NCBI GenBank assembly: GCA_025558095.1
Contig: JAIVFI010000032.1
Location: 62,001 to 126,000 of the forward strand
Direction: 5' to 3'
Origin: Hyaloraphidium curvatum SAG 235-1
Taxonomy: Eukaryota; Fungi; Monoblepharomycota
DNA: 64,000 bases
The translations under genes and the position numbers were made by a program. Under the pieces are notes generated by a model. The model saw only the letters and a program-made list of their open reading frames with translations, had not been told where the DNA came from and made no database searches. Of this stretch, positions 33,895 to 44,768 are shown piece after piece (position 1 is the first letter of the stretch; the number at the start of each line of letters is the position of its first letter).

Positions 33895-36333
33895 TCAGGA
33901 AAAGTTGACCCGGCTCTCATCCTTGCCGGCGACGTGCAGGTTCTTCGACACCGGGCACCCCTGGATCGCGTGCGCGGGATCAGCTTGGCCCTGCCAACGC
34001 GGGAACGATCGGCCCACCTGCATCCGCTCCACGATGTACGGCACGTCCTCCGCCGTGGGGCTCCCGCTGGTGAGCTTGGCCGAGAACTCCACCTCGAGGT
34101 CGTGCAGCCCCCAGTCGATCGCCGAGACGGTCATGGTGCCCTCGGCCGCCGCAAAGAGCAGCCCGCGCTCGGCGGCGTTCATGAAGAAGTAGAGGTGCTT
34201 GCAGGTGAAGATGGCGTACGCAAAGATGATGAAACCCGGCGAGTCGATGCTGAGGTCGAAAGGCTTCCACGCGCCGTCGTCGGCAAGCTGGTCGACGGTG
34301 CGGCTCAGCACCTTGTTGTTCTCGCCGTGCGTCGTGGACATGCGGAACTGCCAGGTGCGCGCGGGCTTGGTCACCGCCGTCACGGTCGCATACTGCGCCG
34401 GGTAGAGCGAGGTTTCGAGGGCCTTGAGGAAGGAGTTGCGCCCCGCGATCGGGAGCAGGGCGCAGATCCCGGGCACGTACGCGGACGTGAAGCTCTCGGG
34501 GTCCACGGCGACGATCTTGCGGATGACCTCCTTGGCTTCGGCGGGGGTGAAGCTCGTAGGCAGGATGGGGTTGATGACTTCCTCCTCGGCAAGCTGGTGC
34601 GCCCGGTTGCCGGCACAGAACTTGCGCAGCGCCTCCATGGCGGCCGCAAAGTCCGCATCGGACTCGACGGCCTTGTCTAGGAGGCCGAGGAGCGCCGGAC
34701 GGCCCGTGGCGCTGTTCTTGTGGTCGTCCATGAAGCGATCGGCCATCCCGGCGTGCTTGGCGTTGACGGCGGGGAAGTAGGCCTTGTCCTCGATCGCGGC
34801 GTGCAGCTTCATGAGGAGAAACAGCCGGTCGGCCTCTGCCCGGATCTCGGGCATCTTGTCGCGGCCCTTGGTCTTCGTCGACTCCGCGAGGTCGTCGAGC
34901 GCCTTGAAGAGGGCCTGGTGGCTCTGCACCATGAACTCGAACGGGCTAGCTTCCGCCTCGGCCATCTTCTCCTCGATCGCCGCCATCTGGTGCGCCGGCA
35001 GCGAGACCCGGAGCGCCTTCAGGAAGCCCGCCTTCCCTGCCGGCTCCAGGAGCGCGGAGATGCCGGGAACGTACTGCCCCGCGAAGCCGGCAAAGTCCAC
35101 GTCGGCGATCGCGCGGACGACCTCCCTCGCCTCGGCCCGGGTGAAGCTCGCGGGCAGGTGCGGGTTGATCACCTCCTCCTCGGCGAGCTGGTGCGCCCGG
35201 TTGCCGGCGCAGAACTTGCGGAGGGCCTCCATGGCCGCGGCAAAGTCGGCGTCCGACTCGGGGGCCTTGTTGAGCAGCGCGAGCAGGGCGGGGCGGCCCG
35301 TCGCGCTGTTCTTGTGGTCGTCCATGAAGCGATCGGCCATGTCGGGATGCTTGGCGTTGACGGCGGGGAAGTAGGCCTTGTCTTCGATGCCGGCGTGCAG
35401 CCTCATGAGGAGGAAGAGGCGGTCCGCCTCTGCCCTGATCTCGTCCATCCTGTCGCGGCCCTTGCTCGACGTCGAGGCAGACAGCTCGTCGAGCGCCCTG
35501 AAAAGGGCCTGGTGGCTCTGCACCATGAACTCGAACGGGTCAAACTCCGAGTCCGCGAGCTTTCCGTTGATCGCCGCCATCTGATCAGGAGGCAGCGACG
35601 CCTCGAGCGCCTTCATGAAGCTCTCCTTGCCCGCGGCGGGAAGCCGGGCGCAGATGCCGGGGACGTACTGCCCCGCGAAGCTCTCAAAGTCCAGGTCGGC
35701 GATCTTGCGCACGACCTCCTTGGCTTCGGCGGTCGTGAAGCTCGTGGGGAGGTGGGGGTTGATCACGTCCTCCTCCGCGAGCTGGTGGGCCCGGTTGCCC
35801 GCGCAGAACTTGCGCAGCGCCTCCATGGCGGCCGTAAAGTCCGCGTCCGACTCGGCAGCCTTGTTGAGGAGCGCAAGCAGGGCCGGACGGCCCGTGGCGC
35901 TGTTCTTGTGATCGTCCATGAAGCGGTCGGCCATGGTCGGGTGCTTGGCATTGACTGCGGGGAAATAGGCCTTATCCTCGATTGCCGCGTGGAGCTTCAT
36001 GAGGAGGAAGAGCTGGTCGGCTTCGGCCCGTATCTCGCGCATCTTGTCGCGGCCCTTGCTCTTGGTCGACTCCGCGAGGTCGTCGAGCGCCTTGAACAGC
36101 GACTGGTGGCTCTGCACCATGAATTCGAAGGGCTCCTCTGCGTCGGGAGCATTGGCAGACTTTGCAGCCGCGGCCGCCTGGGGAGGGTCCGCTATTTGCG
36201 GGCGGGGGATGTTGACCAGGGAGACGGGCGCCGCCGCGGCCACGCCCTTCGCCCCCGGTGCCTGCGCCACCGGGGTCGGCTTGGCGACGGGAGCGACGGG
36301 CTCGCGCTCGTTGCAGCAGTTCACGTTGCCCAT
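33895..36333 (-). CDS. Triple hemerythrin-like (HHE) repeat protein with an N-terminal acylation motif and a C-terminal OsmC-like domain
   Basis: Starts MGNVNCC. Three 198-aa units each carry SHQ, HAA/GIED, DDH and HQLAEE. The C-domain reads PGFIIFAYAIFTCKH...YIVERMQ|GCPVSKNL after removing a short in-frame intron at ~33961-34017. Confidence 0.85.
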   Translation of the reverse strand: MGNVNCCNEREPVAPVAKPTPVAQAPGAKGVAAAAPVSLVNIPRPQIADPPQAAAAAKSANAPDAEEPFEFMVQSHQSLFKALDDLAESTKSKGRDKMREIRAEADQLFLLMKLHAAIEDKAYFPAVNAKHPTMADRFMDDHKNSATGRPALLALLNKAAESDADFTAAMEALRKFCAGNRAHQLAEEDVINPHLPTSFTTAEAKEVVRKIADLDFESFAGQYVPGICARLPAAGKESFMKALEASLPPDQMAAINGKLADSEFDPFEFMVQSHQALFRALDELSASTSSKGRDRMDEIRAEADRLFLLMRLHAGIEDKAYFPAVNAKHPDMADRFMDDHKNSATGRPALLALLNKAPESDADFAAAMEALRKFCAGNRAHQLAEEEVINPHLPASFTRAEAREVVRAIADVDFAGFAGQYVPGISALLEPAGKAGFLKALRVSLPAHQMAAIEEKMAEAEASPFEFMVQSHQALFKALDDLAESTKTKGRDKMPEIRAEADRLFLLMKLHAAIEDKAYFPAVNAKHAGMADRFMDDHKNSATGRPALLGLLDKAVESDADFAAAMEALRKFCAGNRAHQLAEEEVINPILPTSFTPAEAKEVIRKIVAVDPESFTSAYVPGICALLPIAGRNSFLKALETSLYPAQYATVTAVTKPARTWQFRMSTTHGENNKVLSRTVDQLADDGAWKPFDLSIDSPGFIIFAYAIFTCKHLYFFMNAAERGLLFAAAEGTMTVSAIDWGLHDLEVEFSAKLTSGSPTAEDVPYIVERMQVGRSFPRWQGQADPAHAIQGCPVSKNLHVAGKDESRVNFS
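34390..36135 (-). repeat. Three intragenic tandem repeats, 594-bp period
   Basis: The anchor CTGGTGGCTCTGCACCATGAA occurs at 34915, 35509 and 36103, each 594 bp apart. Confidence 0.95.
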
Positions 36334-37005
36334 GTTTCCGCCTTTTGGCGGGGTTTGCGTGGGTTCAGGCCGGGCGGGTTTTTCGCTCCGCGCACAGCCA
36401 GCAAGCCCGGCTCGTGAGGAGAGCAAAATCAAGATCTTGCGCCTCCCGCGCATACGGCCCCCCCCGAATGAAAACGGCCACGCAGAGTTGGAAAAATGAA
36501 TGATTGAAGAGCTCGCCACATGGCTCGGGATGCCCGTAGGAAGAGGCGAGGAATAGGCACGCCACTACGCGCACGCTAGCGGCAGTGCGGAAGTTCCCCT
36601 CACTCGATGACGTCGTCCCCTTAACTAGTGCAAGATCGTCGCCAGAACTGCCGCGCCCGCGGGGGTGAAGTCTTCGCTTCCCACTATCACCTCCCTCGGG
36701 ATCGACGACGTGATGTGAAACGATGTGGCACGCTCCAATCGAGGTCGCAGTGCTCTTCGGAGGGACACTTGGCTTCTCCGCGAGGCTGAGCTCGGTCCCC
36801 TGCCGTTGCAGTACGTGCTCTCCAGGCAAGATGAAAGCGTCGTAGATGCGATAAAAATGCTTCGATAGCCCTTCTCTGCCGATCCGGCCTCGGGATTGGC
36901 CCAAGCGTCGAGGGTGTTGTTGACGCGGCGATTCGACGCCGCTTGCCAACCCACGCAAACAACGCCCACCTCCCCGGTCAGGGCCTCCCTGTCGCCGCCA
37001 CCGCG

Positions 37006-38214
37006 ATGCTGCGCCCCTTGGCGGCTGCTCCGCGGATCCCCATCGCCCTCGCCCGGCCCTTCGCCGGCCCCGCGCCCACCGTACCGCGCGAACGACGCGT
37101 CCCGAAAGTTCCGCACGCGGTCCGCCCCCTCTCCACCTCGCCGCGGATCGACCTGTCGACCCTCGGCGCCGGCAGCGTCACCCTGCACCTTCCCACCGCG
37201 AGCTCGCCGACGCCGGGGGTGGCATTCATCGTGCTCCGGAACCAGAAGCGGCGGAACGCGATTTCGGGCCGCATGATGGTGGAGCTGTCCTCGGCCCTTG
37301 AGGAGCTGGGGCGGGCGGTCGACCGGATGGAGAGGAAGGATGCCGGGTTGCCGGCTGCGGACGGCAAGGGGTTCGGGGATAAGGACGGGGAGGTGGTGAG
37401 CGCTGTTGTCATTGCCGGCGAGGGCGGGACATGGTGCGCCGGATTCGGTGGGCTTTGCTCTCCCAAACCGAATGAGGCAGGAATCTGACGCGGTCGGACG
37501 ATAGACCTCTCGTCGGACAGGGAGCTGGTGCTCACGCAGGCCTTTGCAAGGACCATGGCGACGCACATGCACGCGACGCTGCACAAGCTCCGGTCCCTGC
37601 CGCTGCTCACGATCGCCGGGGTGTCCGGCTTCGCCATTGGTGGCGGGGCCGAGCTGGCGACCGCGGCCGACTTCCGTGTGTGGAGCCCGGGCGCGCGGCT
37701 TCGCTTCGTGCAGCTCAAGATGGGAGTCGTCCCCGGCTGGGGCGGCGCGACGCGGCTGGCGGACCTCGTCGGTCAGCGGACTGCTCTGCGGCTCCTGTGC
37801 TCGGCGGAAACCGTGGACGCGGGCAAGGCGTTGGCCCTGGGGCTCGCCGATCACATCGGCGACAACGGACCCGAGATCGACGTGCCCGGCATGGAAGCCG
37901 ACCCCGTAGCCAGGGCCGCTGCAGCCTGGGCGGTGGATTCGTTCGTGTTCCGGGACCCGCCGCCGCCGCCGTCGACTCTCGTCGGGCCCGAGGACTTTGA
38001 CGATTCCGAGCTGGCCTCGCTGGCGAAGAAGGAGGAGCCGCCTCGCGCCCGCAATTCGCCCCTTGCCTTGCGATCGATGAAGCGGTCTATTGCGACGCCC
38101 GAGAGGCTGGCCGCGGAGAGCAAGGGGTACGAGAGGGAGCTCGAAGAGTTTACCCAGAACTGGGGTTCCCACTATAACTTGGAGGCCGTTCAGGCTCTCC
38201 GCAAGCAGCTGTAG
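37006..38214 (+). CDS. Enoyl-CoA hydratase/crotonase family protein (ECHDC1-like) with a mitochondrial-type presequence
   Basis: RRNAISGRMM, WCAG(intron)DLS, GFAIGGGAELATAADFR and FVQLKMGVVPGWGG; Arg/Ala/Pro-rich N-terminus. Confidence 0.88.
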
Positions 38215-38530
38215 CCACATTTGCATCTAATTGCAGTCTTTGTCTGGTGGTGTCTGGACCGAATGCATTGGTTGCCCTCGAGCCCTGTTCCCCATCGAGA
38301 CTGATTGGCGCTCCAGCCCGCGCCGACTCGGTCCCCGTTGCCCGCGACACACCGCCCCAGCGGCCGCCTACTGCTTGCGGCGGCATTTCTGGAATGCCGC
38401 GCTCGGCATCGCAGTGAATCGCTTCGGCGCCCCGGCCGATCGCCCCTGCGACGCCCGCGGCGGCCAGTAAACAAAGCCCGACATGCGCAACACGGGGCGC
38501 GGCGCGACCGGGCGTCGCCTGCTCCCCGAA

Positions 38531-41500
38531 ATGCGTCTCATCCCGCTCGCCGCGGCGGTGCTACTTGCGGCGGCCGCCGGCCGCGTGGCCGCGCAGGCCG
38601 TTGCCGGCGGGGAGGTCCTCGGCCCGTACGCCAGCGTGCAGAACGTCAACGGCTCAAACGGTGGGTTGCTCGGCGAGACGCTGCCGGCCGCCTGCCAACT
38701 CTCCCTCCGCAGCCACGGTGCAGTACGCCTCGCCGCGCATTTCCATCGTCCGCGAGCGCCCGTTCACATGGACGATCCCCACCTCGATGTTCCCCATCGA
38801 CCGCACGCTCGACAACACGACGATCGAGGCGCGCTGGATCGACTCGCTCGATCGGTTGCCGTCGTGGCTGGCGTTCGACAACGAGACGCGCACGCTTTCC
38901 GGCGTGGCCGTGGCCGAGGACGACCCCAATACCGAGTCGGTCTCGGGCTGGGTCTGGTTCGACTTTACCAACCCGGCGCTGCCGAACCAGACGCATTGGG
39001 TCTCGCTGCCGCTCACCGTCGGCGGCAACGACCCGCCCCTACCCTACAACATGACCTGGGTGCCGAACCTGGGCTACACGATGCCCGCGACCACGCCGGC
39101 CGTGGTGGACCAGTACTGGTCCATGCAGCTCAACAACACCAACGGCTCCTTTGTCGTGGACCCGGACGATACCACGTTCAACTTCCAGACGGACGTCAAG
39201 ACCGAGTGGGAAGGCCAGGGCTTCGGCGGACCGGCTTGGGTGCGGTACGACACCCCCCGCCTGCTCCTGGAAGGCAGCCCCAGCCTTTCGGACGTGGGCG
39301 TGCAGCAGCGCATTACCGTCAAGGCCAAGGATCTGGCGCTTTCCGAGGCCCGTTGGAAGATCATCGTGCAGGTGCTGGCCGTGGCGCCTACGGAGTCGCC
39401 CACGTCAATCGTTCCCACCGAAACCGCAACTCCGACGGTCATCCCACCGCCGCCGGACGGAGGCGGTGGCACCAACGTGGGCGCCATCGTCGGCGGCGTG
39501 ATCGGCGGGCTGGCCGCGGCGGGCCTCATCGCCGGCGGGCTGATCTACTGGAACCGGAGCCAGAAGCGCAAAGCCGCGGAGGAGAAACCTCCTTCTTGGG
39601 ACTCTTTCGACGAGAAGGGCGCGAGCCCCACCGCCGCCCAAGCTGGCCCGTCGCCCAGCGCGGGGTCGCCGCCAGGTTCCGGAGGAGTCGCGACCGCCAA
39701 GTCTGTGGCCGTCGATCTGTCGATGCCGGCTCCCGTCCAAATGTCGCAGCTTGTCAAGCCAGTCGCTGCGGCCGGGGTCGCTGCAGGCGCTGCCGTTGCC
39801 GCAACGGAACCCAAGACGTCCACTTCTGCGCTCGCGGACCTCACTTTACCTGCGGTCTCCCTCGGTTCCCCGCTCTCGACTTCTCTGCTTCCCGGCGAGG
39901 ACTTTGCGACTGTGGCGTCTACGTCCCTTCCTGGCGCATCCAGCGCTGCCCTTGTGGGAACCAAGTCGTCGCCACCTGCGACGCGCGCTGTTTCGACCAG
40001 CCGCCCGATGGTCACCCCCCTGGACGTGTCAGCGATCCCTCTGGGCAGCCTTGCGGCATCGGGAAGCCCCACCAGCTCGTCTGCCGGTCGCTCGACCCCG
40101 CCGGTCAACACGCTGGCGGCGAGCGCCGTGTCGCAGGTACCGCCGCAGCAGGCGCCCGTCAAAGTCGAGCCCATATTCGCGCCCGTCAAGGTCGAGCCCA
40201 TATTCGCCGTCCCGGCCACCCCCGCTTCAGCCGCCGCGTCGAGCGCGCAGCAGGCATCGCAGCTGCCCCCCGTGGCGGTCATCATCCCGCCGCAGATCGT
40301 CAAGCAGCAGAGCAAGGACAACCTGCTGGCCTACATCCCCGCGGACCAGCCTCCCCAGCCCCGACCCCCGTCGTCGGCGTCCTCGACCGCACCCGCCGCG
40401 CTGCAGAAGAAGACGTCCAACATCTCGCTCGCCGGGTCGACCGTCAGCTCGAGCCCGTCGCTGCACAAGAAGGCCTCGAGCTCGTCCCTGACGCGGGTTG
40501 TGCCGCCGCAGGTGATCCCCTCGCCTTCGGTGCAGGCGGTGATCGCGGCCCGCGCGTCGTCGCCGGTTTCGGAGCTGGACCTCGCGGCCAAGGAGGCTGC
40601 GATGCGGGAGCAGCAGGCGCGGGAAGCCCAGGCCGAGACGCAGCGGCTCCTGGTCGAAGCCCAGCTCCAGATCGCCGCACAGCAGCAGCAGAGCCAACAG
40701 CCTGCCGGCGGCAAGGAAAAGAACTCGCCCAGCCCCGGAGGTGCCAACTGGAACGACGTGGTCACGCCCCAGTCGGCCCAGAACCCGCAGACGCCGACGA
40801 CGCCCACGTCGCCGACGTCGGCAGGGAGCGACAGGAGCGAGCGGCCGGCGACGTACTCTTTCACGAGGCAGCCGTCACAGACGAGCGCGATCCAGCAGCA
40901 GCGCCGCTCCGAGAACATGTTCAACAACCGCCCGACTCCCGTCACCATGCCTTTGGACGACGAGGCCGACGGCGAGGCAGGCGCGAAAGCGACGGCGCCG
41001 CAGCGCCAGCTCACCGAAGCCGAGATGGCCAAGCTCAGCGAGGTCAAGGCCATGCTCTCGGGTGCCCGCTCGCAGTTCTACGAGCCCGGGGACATGACCC
41101 GTGCGCGGTCGCCGACGGGCAGCATGTCCAACAGCCCGCTCCCGCCGACGAGGCAAGGCTCCGCGCTCTTCGACCTGTCGCGCAGCGGCTCGCGCGAGAA
41201 CTTGTCTACAATCGCGGCGGCGGCGGCGACCTCCCCCGCGATGCCGCCGCGGATCGGCACCGGATCGTCGTTCGGCACGCCTGCGGGGTCGGTTCCGCCC
41301 AGCCCTTCGCGCAGCACCACCTCGTCGTCCTTCCTCGAGGTCGCCGACCCCACCGTGTCGGCTTCTTCGGGCAAGTACACCGTGGTGGACGGCATCCCGT
41401 GCGCCGAGCTCGTCGCCAAGGTCGGCCGGCCCTTCTTCTACCTCCCCCTGACCATCCAGCCCGGCTCTGGCCCCGCGGGAGCGCAGACATACAGCATGAA

Positions 41501-41708
41501 GCCGCACCCGCCGGCACAGACGGCCCCGCGGTGGCTCAAGGTGCACTACCGCACGGGCGGCGTGTCGGGGCTGCCGTACAACAACGACAAGGGGGAGTGG
41601 ATCATCGACGTCGTGCGGACGGAAAAGGACACGGGCAAGGAGGAGATTATGGAGGTGGTGAAGGTGAAAGTCGAAAGTGGGGACGATCAGCCCGCCGGCA
41701 GCGCCTGA
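38531..41708 (+). CDS. Axl2-like type I membrane protein with dystroglycan-type cadherin-like (CADG/He_PIG) domains
   Basis: Signal peptide; ectodomain motifs PFTWTIPTSMF, LPSWLAFDNETRTLSG and PAWVRYDTPRLLLEGSP; TM helix VGAIVGGVIGGLAAAGLIAGGLIYW; long S/P-rich cytoplasmic region; terminal Ig-like unit. Confidence 0.75.
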
Positions 41709-41883
41709 TTGGAGGAGACGTGACTAGAGCTGAATAGCTGTTTCGCGCTATCGATCGATCGCATCATATGTATCTATTTCAACTAAAGATGGTGACACAG
41801 CGTTTGGGCAAGCGACTGACATCATCCGCGATACCTGTGACGATTCGGTCAGCGAAACGCATCGAGATTGACGACGTCCGTGC

Positions 41884-43113
41884 TTACTCGTCCCCGCAGT
41901 CCCCGATGATTGCAAACATCTGCTCCGCGCTCTTGCCCTTCTTGAGTACGGCGTCGATATCCGCATGGTCCGCCGCGTCGAGCTGGAAATCGAACACTCG
42001 AAGGTTCTCCGCGATGTGCTCCGATATGCCAACGCGAGCGCCGACGATGACGCCGCCGACGTACGGCTTGTCGAGGATGTAGCGCGTTGCGACGTTGGCA
42101 ATGTCGACCCCGTTCCCTTTTCGCTTGGCGACCTTGTCCAAGGCGCCCAGCAGTTCCTTCGAACGTAGCTGTCAGCGGCGGCAGCGTGAGCTTACTGCGG
42201 GCCCGTTCACCTGGAAGAGACCCCATCCGCCCCAAATCTGGACCATCTGCAAGTACTTCCTCTGGCTTGGAGTTATGCTCGTCCGAGACGGGTCTGGCTG
42301 TCCGAGGTACTTGTTGGCGAGAAAGCTGGCACAGAAGCCGTGAGCCTTGGATGTGGTGAGGACACGCGACACTCACCCGCCACAGAGCGTTCCGTAGGTC
42401 AGCAGCTTCACGTTGTACTTTTCGCAGACAGCAGCCATCTTGACGGTTGGTCGCAAGTCGATCAGCGAGAACTGGACCTGATTGCTGACAATAGGTATCC
42501 CCGCTTTGCAGAATTGCTCCACATGTGCCGAATCGAAGTTGGTGAGCGAAAGATTTGAGATTACGCCTTCCTTGTGCAGGTCATGGAGGTGCTTCATGGC
42601 GTCCGCAAGCTCCTGCTTCATCTCGTAGTCCCTGACACCCGAGCCCGAATGAGATTCCTTGCAACAGAACGTTTCACAAAACCGCTCACCACCAGTGGAA
42701 TGCCATGAGGTCCAGAGACTGAACGCCCATCCTCGTACATCGCTCCCGGATCGCCGCCTCGACGGTCGCGCGGGACATCTTGCCGGGCCGCGGGCACCAC
42801 TTCGTGCACCCCACAGGCCGCGACGGCCCGGGTATCGACTTCTGGAACTTGGCGAAGAGCAGCTCCGCGTCTCCGTAATGGTCCGCCATGTCAAAGCTGT
42901 TGAATCCCGCGTCGAAGTACTTTCGCAGCTCTTGCACCATCACGTCCGGCGAGGGATAACGGCCCCATGCCTGGGAGCTGACCTGCCAGAGTCCGACCTG
43001 CAAGCTTCGTTGGACGACGTCAGAGATTAAGGGAATGAGGGGAGGAACGAAGCTGGCCCGTGTTGACACTACCGATGGGCGTTCAAAGTTCCCAGAGTCG
43101 TGTACCGCGCCAT
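41884..43113 (-). CDS. Aldo/keto reductase family oxidoreductase
   Basis: GLWQVSS, FDMADHYGDAE, TKWCP, LDLMAFHWW, LTNFD, SNQVQFSLIDLRP, LLTYGTLCGG, VIVGAR and GDCGDE. Multi-exon. Confidence 0.9.
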
Positions 43114-43294
43114 GGTCTCCGCCGGTGCCGCGGCCATCGCGAAACAAGCTAGATGATGTGCCGGACGCGCGAGACGCTGCGATATTGGGTCGTGCAGTGC
43201 GGGACGCGACTGCGGATAGTGGTCGCTTGGGTGTCTCGATCACCAGGCGACGGACGATCGCGAGTCGACGCGCACAGTCATCATCGCACACCCA

Positions 43295-44357
43295 ATGGCG
43301 ACGTCCAGCGAACGCGCGGAGAAAGGGCAGGCCTTTGCCGGAGCCGAGGTAAGCGCCTTTCGTACCAGGCATTAAGCTTGTGACCCGCTTCAAAGTCCCT
43401 TCGCCCAGCAGACTGCGAAAGCCCCGGAACAAGTTGCCCGGGCGGCCGAGCCAAGCGGGCGCGAGGACAGAGTAACGGTCCGAGTGAGGGAGCCAGTCAT
43501 TCACGAGGTCATCAAGGAGATAGAAGAAGGTGAGCCTGTGTGGCGCTCGACCGGGCGTTCGCTGACAAGGAGTGCCAGTTCGCGTGCAGCCCATTGTCCA
43601 CCGAACTATCATTCGGCCGGAGATCGAGCAAATCATTCAGCCGATCCGGGAAACGGTCCGCATGGAGACCGTTGTCGAGAAGCACGTGCTTCCTGTCGAC
43701 ACGCGCACCTTTACGGCCGACGTCCCTCCGATCGACCAGCGGGCAATCAAGGAGGCGATTGCGAAGCTCGAGGCGGAGTCAAAGCTTCGTGGGCAGAAGG
43801 AGGAGCGGTTCATCCAGTTGCCCGCCCAAGTGAGCGAGTCGGTCCAAACGATCAAGGTTAGAGGAGATGTCGACGGCCGCTTCGACATTTTGACACTGTT
43901 CTACGACCGTCAGATTCGAGAGACAATTCCTGTTCGGATCGAAGCTGCGGCAGCTCCAGCCTTGGCCGACCGGCGGGAACTGCATCCGGACCTCTTGACG
44001 GCCTCGGGCCCAAAGGAAGCGCTTCCGACGACGACCGCTGCCGACTTCATCTCTGGCGAGCAGCAGAAAGGCGCTCCGATTACGGGCAGGGTTGAGGATC
44101 AAGTGGTGTCGGCTTCCGAGCGCCAGGACGGCACCGACCAAGCGAGGGCGGCTACGGGCGCCACGACGCCCAGCACGGCCAGCAAGGGCGCAATGGGCAC
44201 GGCCGCGGTGCCGTCGGGATCGGCCGGAGATGGAACTCAGGCCCTCGAAACGAGTCACGCACGCTCCAGCGTGCCTACCGTTGTTTCGGATGCTCCGGCG
44301 GAGGAGATGAGGTCGAGCCAGGGATCTCGCTCGACTCCGACGCCTCCGTCCGAGTAA
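43295..44357 (+). CDS. Hypothetical protein with E/V/I/H/P-rich repeats (fungal 'allergen'-like) and an S/T/A-rich tail
   Basis: EPVIHEVIKEIE...VQPIVHRTIIRPEIEQIIQPIRET...HVLPV. Introns begin at ~43349, ~43530 and ~43857; stop TAA at 44355-44357. Confidence 0.55.
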
Positions 44358-44768
44358 GCTCGCCGGTAATTCACTCTCGCGCACCTGACATTGACGGCAG
44401 GACCGGAAGCTCAAAGAAGTCCGTCGTCAACAAGGTCAAGCAGATCTTTTCCTAGTGATTCTTCATGTTTTCCGTCTTCAGATTCGAACTTGACCGTCTT
44501 GCTTCTCCCGCGGCGGGTGATGACGCAGTCCGGGGTCCCGCCTCACAACTCTAGCGTGAACCGCCACGCGATGGCGGCCAACATGGCTCGTCCAGCTGTG
44601 AGATACCTGCTGTTTATTATCTCCGCCTGCTTCTTGACACGCGCTCTGCTCCGGAATGGACGCGAATCGACGCGTCGAAACCTCCGTCACGCGCCACGAC
44701 TTCTTGACCTCACGGTGTCGGTACGCCGGAATGCTCCGGTCACCTAGGCGATTCTGGATTCTCTCGGC

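Noticed and set aside
38483-41737. 1084-aa ORF overlapping the Axl2-like gene, and similar long R/G/P/A-rich ORFs (27491-29806, 30525-32864, 34720-36417, 36625-38226)
   Set aside because: Shadow frames caused by high GC and codon bias. They carry no motifs and overlap well-supported genes. Only the first exon (38531-38659) of the 38483 frame is used.
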